Assembly (NCBI GenBank): GCA_963665845.2 | Contig: OY762492.1 | Coordinates: forward strand, 64,001 to 128,000 | Direction: 5' to 3' | Length of the DNA: 64,000 nt | Source: Candidatus Poribacteria bacterium | GTDB taxonomy: Bacteria; Poribacteria; WGA-4E; GCA-2687025 | Part shown: piece by piece, positions 30,437 through 39,219 of the stretch | Position numbering within the stretch: position 1 is the first letter of the stretch | How the letters are laid out: the number at the start of each line of letters is the position of its first letter | Program-made: the position numbers and the translations under genes | Notes under the pieces: model-generated | What the model was told of the DNA's origin: nothing | Database searches by the model: none | Seen by the model: only the letters and a program-made list of their open reading frames with translations

Positions 30437-31423
30437 ATGCCCATGTTAGAGTTGGCGCAGGCGGAAGCGGCGCGCGTCTGGAGCGCGCATGGTTTTTTGA
30501 TAACGGCGGTCTGGTTCTATCTTGCGGCGGGGATGGTTCTAGCGGCGTTTGCGTCGCGCCGTTCGCGTCTGGCGGAGCCTCGAAAGCGGACGCGCTGGGT
30601 ATGGCTCATGCCGTTCATGGCGCCGTTGACGCTCGCGCGTCTCTTGTTGAAAAGCGCGCCGGCTCCGTGGGAGTCGCCGTTTGGCGTTCCGCGCCCTGTT
30701 CAAGAAACGCCCCCTGACGATGAAGAAACGGCTCCTGTTGAAAACACGCGCGGCAGCTGCCGATCCAGCCGCTTTCCGCCCGTACGAACGCTGATCGGAT
30801 CGTTCGCCGCCGGTCTTTTTCCTGGCTTGGGTCAGCTGGTTTACGGACGTTTCGCGCGCGTTCTTTTCATCTGGACGATGGGCGGGTTCGCGCTGTTTTT
30901 GATCGCCGCGTATGTTTTGCAGATCGAACGCTCATGGCCGACGCCCGAATGGATGCCGGGCTTCTTCGTCCCTGAAACTGAAGAAGGGGACACCACGACG
31001 CTCTACTTTAGAGTCGAACGCCCGTTTTACATCTTTCTATGCATCGAACTGGCGGCAGTCTTAATCTGGGCATATATAGACGCGGCGCGGCTGGGCGACG
31101 CCCATATCGCAAAACGGCTGCGGGAGGATGACGCGCGCCAATGGGAGCTCTATAATCTGCGCATCGTCAAGCGGGACGGAACGGAAGAGCTGAGAACCAT
31201 CGACGATCCTGTATTCAATCCAGCGGCGCTGATGGAGGCGGAGATGGACGGGCGCATGCGTTTTATCATGCAGTATCAGCCGGACATCGGCCTTGATCTT
31301 CGGCTTTCAACAAGCTTCGAGGGCGCGCAGCTGAACGGCAAGCCGGCTTTCGACGACGCGCCGCTCCGCCCCCGCGGCCTGCTTGAGATCAACGGCGTTC
31401 AGTTTCAGTTCAAACGACTCTAA
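30437..31423 (+). CDS. Hypothetical membrane protein, possible FHA-like C-terminus
   Basis: Several TM segments, FPGLGQL motif, C-terminal GAQLNGKP...LRPRGLLEING. Confidence 0.55.
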   Translation: MPMLELAQAEAARVWSAHGFLITAVWFYLAAGMVLAAFASRRSRLAEPRKRTRWVWLMPFMAPLTLARLLLKSAPAPWESPFGVPRPVQETPPDDEETAPVENTRGSCRSSRFPPVRTLIGSFAAGLFPGLGQLVYGRFARVLFIWTMGGFALFLIAAYVLQIERSWPTPEWMPGFFVPETEEGDTTTLYFRVERPFYIFLCIELAAVLIWAYIDAARLGDAHIAKRLREDDARQWELYNLRIVKRDGTEELRTIDDPVFNPAALMEAEMDGRMRFIMQYQPDIGLDLRLSTSFEGAQLNGKPAFDDAPLRPRGLLEINGVQFQFKRL

Positions 31424-31439
31424 TTTACGAAAGGCAAGC

Positions 31440-32513
31440 ATGGCAAACACCTACCGCGTCGGCGTCATCGGTTTCGCGCATATGCATGTAACATGGCATC
31501 TGGACGAATTCAGCCAACTGGACAATATCGAATGGACGGGATGCGCCGACACCGCGCCGACCGCCCCCTCCCTTTCGGACGGACCCTTGACGCGCGCCGA
31601 GAACCTGAAACATGCCCTTGAAAAAACGGGCGTGCCGCGCTTTTACGACGACTATCGCGAGCTGCTTGAAAAAGAGGCATGCGATATTGTGATCGTCTGT
31701 CCAGAAAACGCGCGGCACGCGGAGGCGATTGAAGCGGTCGCTGAAACCGGGGCGCATATCATCGTGGAAAAGCCGCCCGCGCACAACTTTGACGATTACG
31801 CGCGGATGCTGCGCGCCGTTCAAAAGACCGACGCGACGATGGCGGTCAACTGGCCCTCCACATGGTCGCCCGCGCTGCGCCTGGCGAAAGAGATTGTCGA
31901 CAGCGGCGACATCGGACAGGTTTTTCAGATCAAATGGCGGCAAGGCTCCACAGGTCCGCTCCCCCGCCTGAACGACCGCGAAAAAGGCGCCGAATGGTGG
32001 CACCGAAAAGCGGACGGCGGCGGCTCCCTGCTGGACTACTGTTGCTACGGCGCCTGCATCTCCCGCTGGATGTTGGGCGAATCGCCCCAAGCGGTCATGG
32101 GAATGGCGGCAAATTTCACGAGCGGATGGGGCGATGCGGACGACAACGCGGCGCTGCTTGTCCGTTACCCGTCCGCGATGGCGATTCTGGAATCGACATG
32201 GAACTGCGTTAACCACGGCGTCTCGTCCCGCCATCTGATTTACGGAAGCGAAGGGACGCTGGCGATGGTTCCCGGCGGCGTTCAGGTGTTTAAAGACAGG
32301 GGCGAAGGGGAGCTGCGCAAGCCGCAGCCGCTGCCTGAAAACCGAAACACCATGGCGAAGGAGCTGATTCATCATCTGGAAACGGGCGAGCCGATTCATC
32401 CGACGCTGGACGCGCCGGTCAACATCGACGCGATGGCGATCTTGGACGCCGGGCTGCGTTCGGCGGAAAGCGGACAACTTGAAATGACGCGGTCCTTGGC
32501 ATGGGCAACTTAA
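31440..32513 (+). CDS. Gfo/Idh/MocA oxidoreductase
   Basis: VGVIG, HIIVEKP, GGGSLLDYCCY. Confidence 0.9.
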   Translation: MANTYRVGVIGFAHMHVTWHLDEFSQLDNIEWTGCADTAPTAPSLSDGPLTRAENLKHALEKTGVPRFYDDYRELLEKEACDIVIVCPENARHAEAIEAVAETGAHIIVEKPPAHNFDDYARMLRAVQKTDATMAVNWPSTWSPALRLAKEIVDSGDIGQVFQIKWRQGSTGPLPRLNDREKGAEWWHRKADGGGSLLDYCCYGACISRWMLGESPQAVMGMAANFTSGWGDADDNAALLVRYPSAMAILESTWNCVNHGVSSRHLIYGSEGTLAMVPGGVQVFKDRGEGELRKPQPLPENRNTMAKELIHHLETGEPIHPTLDAPVNIDAMAILDAGLRSAESGQLEMTRSLAWAT

Positions 32514-32528
32514 ACGAAGGAGAGAACG

Positions 32529-33476
32529 ATGCTGAAAGCAGGATTCATCGGAGCGGGCGGACGCGCGGCAGGCGCCCATTATCCGTCCGTCAACCGCCTT
32601 GAGAATGTGTCGATGGCGGCGGTCGCGGAGCTGGACGAGGCGCGCGGACAGCGCGTCGTGGAGAGATACGACATTCCGAAATTCTACCGCGACCATCAGG
32701 AGATGCTTGCGGAAACGGACCCCGACATCGTGTACTGCGTCATGAACGAGATCTACACGACGAAGCCGGCGATCGACTGCATGAACGCGGGCAAGCATGT
32801 GTTCATTGAAAAGCCGCCCGGCGCGAACGCCGACGAAGCGGAGCGGCTGCGGGACGCGGCGGTTCAAAACGATGTGTACTGCGCTGTCGGCTTGCAGCGG
32901 CGTTTCGCGTCGGTCACGCAGGAGGCGATGCGCCTTGTGAATGAGCGCGGTCATCCGACGCTTGTGACGGCGTCCTTCAACAAGCTGCTGCGCGGCGGAC
33001 CGGGCAACACGACGACGCTTTGGAACGATGTCATTCATATCGTCGATCTGGTGCGGTATATGGCGCAGAGCGAGGCGGCGGAAACGACCGCTTATCAGGA
33101 CTGTTTTGACGAAAACTGGCGCAACTGCTACACCAGCATGATCCGCTTTGAGAACGACGCGACCGGCATTGTGATGGGCAACCGCATATCGGGCGGGCGC
33201 GTTCTGCGGGCGGAGCTGCATGGGATCGGCGTCGGGTGCTATATGCGTCTGCCGGAGGGCGTTGAGATTTTGGCGGACAACCAGAAGCCTGTTTGGAAAA
33301 GCGGCGCCGAGATCGCCGGCAGCGAGGAAGGCGACGAGCCGCGCTATGAAGGCGTTTTGACGATGCATGAGCATTTTGCGTCATGCGTCCTGGACGGCGA
33401 GACGCCGATCAACGACATTCGGGACGTTGTCCATACGGCGCGGCTGACCGAGGCGCTGGAGGGGGACGCGGAGTAG
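32529..33476 (+). CDS. Gfo/Idh/MocA oxidoreductase
   Basis: GFIGAGG, HVFIEKP, DVIHIVD. Confidence 0.9.
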   Translation: MLKAGFIGAGGRAAGAHYPSVNRLENVSMAAVAELDEARGQRVVERYDIPKFYRDHQEMLAETDPDIVYCVMNEIYTTKPAIDCMNAGKHVFIEKPPGANADEAERLRDAAVQNDVYCAVGLQRRFASVTQEAMRLVNERGHPTLVTASFNKLLRGGPGNTTTLWNDVIHIVDLVRYMAQSEAAETTAYQDCFDENWRNCYTSMIRFENDATGIVMGNRISGGRVLRAELHGIGVGCYMRLPEGVEILADNQKPVWKSGAEIAGSEEGDEPRYEGVLTMHEHFASCVLDGETPINDIRDVVHTARLTEALEGDAE

Positions 33477-33479
33477 CCG

Positions 33480-35768
33480 CTACTTCAACAGAACCATGCG
33501 CCGCGTCTCTGAAAAGCCGCCCGCCTGAATGCGCGCAAAGTACACGCCGCTGGCGGAAAGCGCGCCGAGGGCGTCGCGTCCGTCCCAGTAGGCGGCTTTC
33601 TCTTTGTCGCGGTAGGTTCCAGCCGGCAATTCGCCCAGCTGTAAAACGCGGACGGTTTGACCGGCGGCGTTGTAGATGGTGATCGTTACGGCGCTTTGTC
33701 TCGCTAAATCGAACGGGATCCATGTTTCAGGGTTGAACGGGTTCGGATAATTCGGCAAAAGCGCGTTTCTAAAGAGCGGCGAGTCAGGGCGTTTGGCGTC
33801 TGACCACTGGATCGGGAGATTTTCAAGGCGCCAAAGGAGAACGCGACCGTCCTGCCCGCCGCTGACAAGGGAGTTTCCGTCCGGCGAGAACGCGACCGCG
33901 TTGACCGATCCGTTCCGCCCTTCTATTGTCCGGTTCAGTTTGCCGGTTGCGGCGTTCCAAAGGCGTACCGTTCCGTCTTCGCCTCCGCTCGCCAGCGTCT
34001 GTCCGTCCGGCGAGAACGCGACCGATAGAACGCTTCTTTTATGCCCTTCCAGGATCGATCTCGTTTGCCCCGCCATCATATTCCAGAGTCGAATGGAGCC
34101 GTCCTTCCCTGCGCTCGCCAGCGTCAAACTATTTGGCGAAAAGGCGACCGAATTGACTTCGCTTTCATGACCTTCCAGCCGGCGCGTCAATCGTCTGCCG
34201 GAGACGTTCCAGATGAGAATAGTAGAGTCTTCGCCCGCGCAGGCAATCGCCTCCCCGTCCGGCGAAAAGGCGATGGAACGGAGTTCGCCTGGGAACATCA
34301 ACATTTTCAAAACCTCTCCCGTTGCGATGTTCCATACTCGAATATCCCCGTAGCTGCCTGTTTGGCTGAAAACGAGCCTTTTTCCGTCCGGCGAGAACGC
34401 CATGGCGCGCGCAGAATATATGTTCAGTTCCGCTGTCGTTTCGCCTGTGAGCGGGTCTATTATCCGAATCGCTCTATCGACGCTGACCGCGGCGCTCTTT
34501 CCGTCCGGCGACGCAACGGCGGCTTGGATTTGTTCAGCGCCCCGCTTCAAGCCGCCTGTTTTAACATCCCAAAGACGCGCGCGATTCTCGTCAGCGCTGA
34601 CGCTCAATACAGACAGCCCCTCCCGCATAAACGCGACCGAATCGATGCGGCTGCCATGCCCGATCATCTCCGTTACGGGCTGGCGATTTGCAATGTTCCA
34701 AGTCTGAATGTTCCCATGCCCTGGATCGGAGCCGGCCAGAGCGGAGCCGTCGGGCGCGAAGGCATGGATGTACAGATCAGCCTCGTTCTCCATGGCGGCT
34801 GCGATTCTGCCGGTTTCCACATCCCATACCCGACCGCCATTCGCCGCGCCGCGCAAGGCGACCCATCGGCTGTCGGGAGAGAATAGGGGCCAGATGTGTT
34901 TGCCTTCCAGTTCGGCTTTGATTTCTCCGCTTTCTAGGTTCCATAGAGAAACCGCGCCCTCTAGATCTTCGCTGACAAGCGACCTTCCGTCTGGGGAGAG
35001 TCCAGCTCTACTGAAATCGCCGCCGATGGAGCGTATCAGCGCGCCGGTTTCCGCGTCCAGAAGATGAGCGGTTTGGAGACGCTGGGCGGGGGCGTCGTTC
35101 GATTGCTTCTCAAAGGTGAGAACGGACAGTGAGCGTCCGTCAGGGAGAAACGCCACTTGGCGGGCTTGGGCGTTGGGCGCATTTTTTATGGACGCGGTCA
35201 TCTTCGCCGTTTCCACATTCCAGATATAAACGCTGTCCGTTCCGCCGGCGGCGATGAGGCGTCCGTCGGAGGAGTAGTCGATCGATCTTATGAAGCCGCT
35301 GACGCCGCTCAATTCGGTACGTATGCCGCCGGTCTCGATGTCCCATACGAGAATTTTTCCATCCCAGACCTCGCTGCCCGCGAAGGTTTGACCATCGGGA
35401 GAAAACGCCCCGGCAGTCACAACGCTTGTTTGATCCAGCGGCTTCACTTGTCCAGTTTCAACATCCCATACGAAAGCCGACATCATCGCATAGCCGGCGA
35501 GGTAACGTCCGTTGGGTGAAAACTGTACCTTATCGACGCGCCAGTCAAGCATTTGTAACGTTTTCTTTTTCGCGCCTGTTGAGGCGTCCCATAGAATCAC
35601 GGCTCCATCCGTCCCTCCGCTTGCGAGGGTCCGGCTGTCTGGAGAGTAGTCCGCCGAAACGACATCTCCAGGATGAAAGCCGATCTGCTTCTGCGCCTTT
35701 CCGTTCTCAATCGGCCAACCGAAAACTGCCAACGCCAGCATCGTCCAAACAAACGCGCGCTTCATCAT
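33480..35768 (-). CDS. Secreted WD40-repeat protein with FlgD-Ig/T9SS-like C-terminal domain
   Basis: About 14 WD40 repeats (GH..V.SVAFSPDG..LASG..DG..RLW); NYPNPFNPETWIPF...WDGRD..G...ASGVYF. Confidence 0.9.
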   Translation of the reverse strand: MMKRAFVWTMLALAVFGWPIENGKAQKQIGFHPGDVVSADYSPDSRTLASGGTDGAVILWDASTGAKKKTLQMLDWRVDKVQFSPNGRYLAGYAMMSAFVWDVETGQVKPLDQTSVVTAGAFSPDGQTFAGSEVWDGKILVWDIETGGIRTELSGVSGFIRSIDYSSDGRLIAAGGTDSVYIWNVETAKMTASIKNAPNAQARQVAFLPDGRSLSVLTFEKQSNDAPAQRLQTAHLLDAETGALIRSIGGDFSRAGLSPDGRSLVSEDLEGAVSLWNLESGEIKAELEGKHIWPLFSPDSRWVALRGAANGGRVWDVETGRIAAAMENEADLYIHAFAPDGSALAGSDPGHGNIQTWNIANRQPVTEMIGHGSRIDSVAFMREGLSVLSVSADENRARLWDVKTGGLKRGAEQIQAAVASPDGKSAAVSVDRAIRIIDPLTGETTAELNIYSARAMAFSPDGKRLVFSQTGSYGDIRVWNIATGEVLKMLMFPGELRSIAFSPDGEAIACAGEDSTILIWNVSGRRLTRRLEGHESEVNSVAFSPNSLTLASAGKDGSIRLWNMMAGQTRSILEGHKRSVLSVAFSPDGQTLASGGEDGTVRLWNAATGKLNRTIEGRNGSVNAVAFSPDGNSLVSGGQDGRVLLWRLENLPIQWSDAKRPDSPLFRNALLPNYPNPFNPETWIPFDLARQSAVTITIYNAAGQTVRVLQLGELPAGTYRDKEKAAYWDGRDALGALSASGVYFARIQAGGFSETRRMVLLK

Positions 35769-35783
35769 GTCAAGCCTTTCTCT

Positions 35784-35951
35784 CTGACCTCACGTCTTAA
35801 GTTAGGACATGCCGGCATGCGAACGCGGACGTCTTCTGAGGCGCCTCTAGATTCCCGCTTACGCGGGAATGACGGTTTGGTTGGCGGCGCCTTTTTCCCA
35901 TGAATAGAGCGATCGTCTGTCCAAATGTCCCAACTCTCGGCATGAGGTCAG
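35784..35951. mobile_element. MITE family A, copy with 7-bp TSD
   Basis: CTGACCTCA...TGAGGTCAG flanked by TTTCTCT on both sides; abuts the RBS of the WD40 gene. Confidence 0.85.
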
Positions 35952-36103
35952 TTTCTCTGTAAAACCGCCGTTGAATGCGCATACGCAAGAATAGCGCCAA
36001 CGCAGAAACCCGCTGAATGTCGGAGATCGTGTGAAAAAGCGCGTCCGGGATGGACGTTATGGTACGCGCGCGTGACGAAAACGTACGCTGTAGAACCATT
36101 CGG

Positions 36104-37423
36104 TTATGTTTTTTGCGGACGCTCCTTCGCCGCGGGGAACAGGACGTTGTTTAAAATGAGGCGGTAGCCTGGGGAGTTGCGATGCAGGTTCAGGTCGGTC
36201 GGCTTCTCCCCGACCAGATGCCGGTAATCTTCCGGGTCATGCCCGGCGAGATAGGTGAAGAAGCCCTTGCCGAATTTCCCGTGGATATACTTCACATAGT
36301 CGGTTCCGCGCATATCGCCCAGTATCGTGATGGAGTTTTTGAGCAGGCTGCGCCGAAACGAAGTCGTCTGCCCCAGAAAACCGCGCACCTGCGCCACATG
36401 GCACTGCGTCAACATCGTCGGTATCGGATCGTATTTGGCGGAAAATTCAAATAGGGTGAAATTCTCCGTCCCGGTGTCGCCGTGCAGGTCCGGATCAGGG
36501 TTGTCAATATCCGAGAATTCGTACACCAACGGGTCCGGGATCAGCTTGAAGTTTTCAAACGCAAGCGTTTTGTTGTAGTTCAGCTTCTGCGCGTAACTTG
36601 AATCGATGGGCGATCCGTCCAGCTCTGACGCGACGATGTCGACCTTGCCTTCTTCGGCGGCGAGCGCGATGTCCAGCGTCTCCGGCGCGGAACACATCGC
36701 AAAGACGAACCCGCCCGACGCGATATATTCGCGTATTCCCGCCGCGACGCTCCCTTTCGCTTCGGCGACGCGGTCGAAGCCGAGCCGCTGCGCCTCCGCC
36801 TTGAAAAGCGCCGTTCGCTGCTGGTACCAGAAGACGCTGCGGTAGGCGCCGTGGAATTTGCCGTGCTGCCCCGTAAAATCCTCATGGTGCAGATGGAGCC
36901 AGTCGTACGTTTCGATGTTCACTTCGCCGCGCACGACCTGCTCATCCCAGACCGTTTCGTAAGGTATTTCGGCGTATTCGAGCGCCATTTTGACAGCGTC
37001 GTCCCACGGGTCTTCAAAGAGCGAGCCGTCCGGCGGGGCGTAAACCGCGATCTTCGGCGCCTTCTCCAGCGTAACGACATCCATATTGCCGTCCGCCATG
37101 ACCGTTTTGATGGCGCGTATCTGCGCGTCGGTCACCGGCTCCAAGGCGACGCCGCGCGACAACGCCCAGCTGCGCACATCGGGTCTGTCCTCCAGCAGAA
37201 ACGCTCCGCCGCGGTAGTTCAGCAGCCATTCCGCTTTATAGAAGCGCGGCTCCTGAAGCGTCCAGTAGGTTAGCCCGTATGCTTTCAAGTGATCCGTCTG
37301 CTGGTCGTCCATCGGCGCGAGCAGTCCGTCCGCATGCGCCGCCGCGGAAACAAAGAGCAGAGCCGCCAGAATCGCGCTAAAATTCGCGTATTTTGATATT
37401 TTTAAACCAAACCTTTCCGCCAT
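36104..37423 (-). CDS. Conserved exported protein with GATase-like fold (family often labelled 'asparagine synthetase B')
   Basis: QTDHLKAYG, WLLNYRGG, WDDAV, WLHLHHEDFTGQ, FAMCSA, SPGYRLILNN; start uncertain. Confidence 0.75.
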   Translation of the reverse strand: MAERFGLKISKYANFSAILAALLFVSAAAHADGLLAPMDDQQTDHLKAYGLTYWTLQEPRFYKAEWLLNYRGGAFLLEDRPDVRSWALSRGVALEPVTDAQIRAIKTVMADGNMDVVTLEKAPKIAVYAPPDGSLFEDPWDDAVKMALEYAEIPYETVWDEQVVRGEVNIETYDWLHLHHEDFTGQHGKFHGAYRSVFWYQQRTALFKAEAQRLGFDRVAEAKGSVAAGIREYIASGGFVFAMCSAPETLDIALAAEEGKVDIVASELDGSPIDSSYAQKLNYNKTLAFENFKLIPDPLVYEFSDIDNPDPDLHGDTGTENFTLFEFSAKYDPIPTMLTQCHVAQVRGFLGQTTSFRRSLLKNSITILGDMRGTDYVKYIHGKFGKGFFTYLAGHDPEDYRHLVGEKPTDLNLHRNSPGYRLILNNVLFPAAKERPQKT

Positions 37424-37970
37424 GGTCTTGCAGCCCGATATGCCCCTTTCGGGGGAGATCCGCCCATGCGTTTCGGAACTTCGTACGGCTGCCGTCAAGG
37501 TTTTCATTCGGCTTCGTCCATTGCGAAATGTCCGCCTCAACGACCGTCTCGCCGTTCAGGTCGATGCGGATGTCGCTGCCGTCGCAGACGATCGTTGTCG
37601 AGTTCCATTCGCCGGCGGGTTTCATCATCTGCTTCGCCGGCGGAACCAGCTCATACAACGCCCCGCAGTCATGCTTTCCGACGCGGTTTTCGCCTGGCGT
37701 GTCCAGTATCTGCATCTCCAAGCCCGTATGAACGGGGTCGTTCAGGTTTGACCACTGAAAGAAGATGCCGCTGTTGCAGCCGGGGACGATCTTCCAGTCG
37801 ATGCGCAATTCGTAGTTCTCGTACGCTTTTTCGGTGTGGAGGTATCCGCCTCTCTGGGCGAGGCAGGCGATCGTTCCGTCTTCAACGACCCACCCGTCGG
37901 GGTTGCCGGTCGCTTTCCATCCGTTCAGCGTTTCGCCGTCGAACAGGCTTGTCCATTCCTCGTTCGCCAT
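37377..37970 (-). CDS. DUF1080 / 3-keto-disaccharide hydrolase family
   Basis: LFDGETLNGW, NSGIFF, EMQILD, GEWN, GHIGLQDHG..VWFKNIKI. Confidence 0.9.
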   Translation of the reverse strand: MANEEWTSLFDGETLNGWKATGNPDGWVVEDGTIACLAQRGGYLHTEKAYENYELRIDWKIVPGCNSGIFFQWSNLNDPVHTGLEMQILDTPGENRVGKHDCGALYELVPPAKQMMKPAGEWNSTTIVCDGSDIRIDLNGETVVEADISQWTKPNENLDGSRTKFRNAWADLPRKGHIGLQDHGGKVWFKNIKIREF

Positions 37971-38144
37971 GTGGTCTCCTTGCTCTTGTATGCGCGCGGG
38001 TTGTCAGATATTGTGGCGCATACGGGGCTGTTTTGTCAATGCCGTTTGCGTTTTCAAGCGTCATGCGGTACTGTTTGTTTAAGGGCTTAGGCTCCGATAA
38101 ACCAGGCGGATACGGATTGAACCATAGACCAGAAGGAGCATGGC

Positions 38145-38816
38145 ATGGCGGAGAAAGTGAAGAAGGGCGTCGTCGCATTAAATCAGGACGAGAAAATCGA
38201 ATCTCTCGAGAAGAAAATCGACGGTAATTATGAAGACCTGAGCAATAAAATCGACGAAAACGGCAGGAATATCGCCCGAAACGCCGAAAAAATTGACCGA
38301 AACGCCGAAAAAATTGACCGAAACGCTGAAAAGATTGACCATCTGGACACAAGGCTCGAGGAGGCAGTGCGTAGATTGGACCACCTTCGGGGGAGCGACC
38401 TAGAAAAGTCGATGCCGAAAAGAATCGGGTCTCACCTCAACACCAAAATGGGACTGCGGAATCAAACCATTTTGCTGAGCGCCCTGCATGATATGGATAA
38501 GGAACTGACGCAAACCCTATACAGGGCGTTGGATGACGGGCTGTTGACGCATGAAGAGTATTCGCGCATTTTCGATACCGATCTCATTGTGAGGGCGTTC
38601 ACACCGGACGGCGGGGAGGTCTGGCTCGCGCTTGAAATTTCCTCCACCATCAATGACGACGACATTGAACGCGCTCTCAAATCTGCCGACATCATACAGC
38701 GCGTACTCGAAAAACAATCGGTCGCCGCAGTCGCAGGATACACGATGCCAGCCCCGCAGGCTGAAAAAGCCGTAGAAATGAACGTCGAAGTTCTTGTCTT
38801 CAGCGAGCGTCTCTGA
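38145..38816 (+). CDS. Coiled-coil heptad-repeat protein with PD-(D/E)xK-like C-terminal domain
   Basis: (RNAEKID)x3, then DTDLIV...LALEISSTINDDDIERA. Confidence 0.65.
   Translation: MAEKVKKGVVALNQDEKIESLEKKIDGNYEDLSNKIDENGRNIARNAEKIDRNAEKIDRNAEKIDHLDTRLEEAVRRLDHLRGSDLEKSMPKRIGSHLNTKMGLRNQTILLSALHDMDKELTQTLYRALDDGLLTHEEYSRIFDTDLIVRAFTPDGGEVWLALEISSTINDDDIERALKSADIIQRVLEKQSVAAVAGYTMPAPQAEKAVEMNVEVLVFSERL
38277..38339 (+). repeat. 21-bp in-frame tandem repeat, 3 copies
   Basis: CGAAACGCCGAAAAAATTGAC x2 plus one variant. Confidence 0.85.
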
Positions 38817-38825
38817 CGCTGGACA

Positions 38826-39203
38826 ATGTTTGGAGCGGCGGTGCGCGATCTGCTCTATGTAGGCATCGGCGGTTTTTTTGGCGCGGCGTGCCGTTATCTT
38901 GTGTCGGTCTGGGCGCGCGGCTGGACGGCGCAGTTTCCGTTTGGAACGCTGACGGTGAATGTTCTTGGGTCGTTGGCGCTCGGTTTTGGCGCGGCGTTCT
39001 TAACAAAAGAGCCGCTGCGTTTATGCGCTGCGGTCGGTTTTTTAGGCTCGTTCACCACCTTTTCCGCTTTCAGTTATGAATCGATGCTGCTGTGGGAAAA
39101 CGGGCGCTGGGCGGCGTTTTTGTTGAACGCGGCGCTGAATGTGGTCGCGTGTCTGGGCGCGGCGGGGCTAGGGATGTACGCAAGCCGCGCATTGACGTCG
39201 TAA
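38826..39203 (+). CDS. crcB: Fluoride channel Fluc/CrcB
   Basis: GGFFGAACRY, FPFGTLTVNVLGS, GFLGSFTTFSAF. Confidence 0.93.
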   Translation: MFGAAVRDLLYVGIGGFFGAACRYLVSVWARGWTAQFPFGTLTVNVLGSLALGFGAAFLTKEPLRLCAAVGFLGSFTTFSAFSYESMLLWENGRWAAFLLNAALNVVACLGAAGLGMYASRALTS

Positions 39204-39219
39204 TTTGGGAGGCGTTTTG

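Noticed and set aside
31425-33374. 649-aa minus-strand ORF (also 9931-11295, 22129-23385, 16093-17070)
   Set aside because: Antisense mirrors of well-supported genes in GC-rich DNA
38817-38826. Fluoride riboswitch before crcB
   Set aside because: Only 9 nt intergenic, and no GGCGATGG..CGCC/TGATGAC motif found
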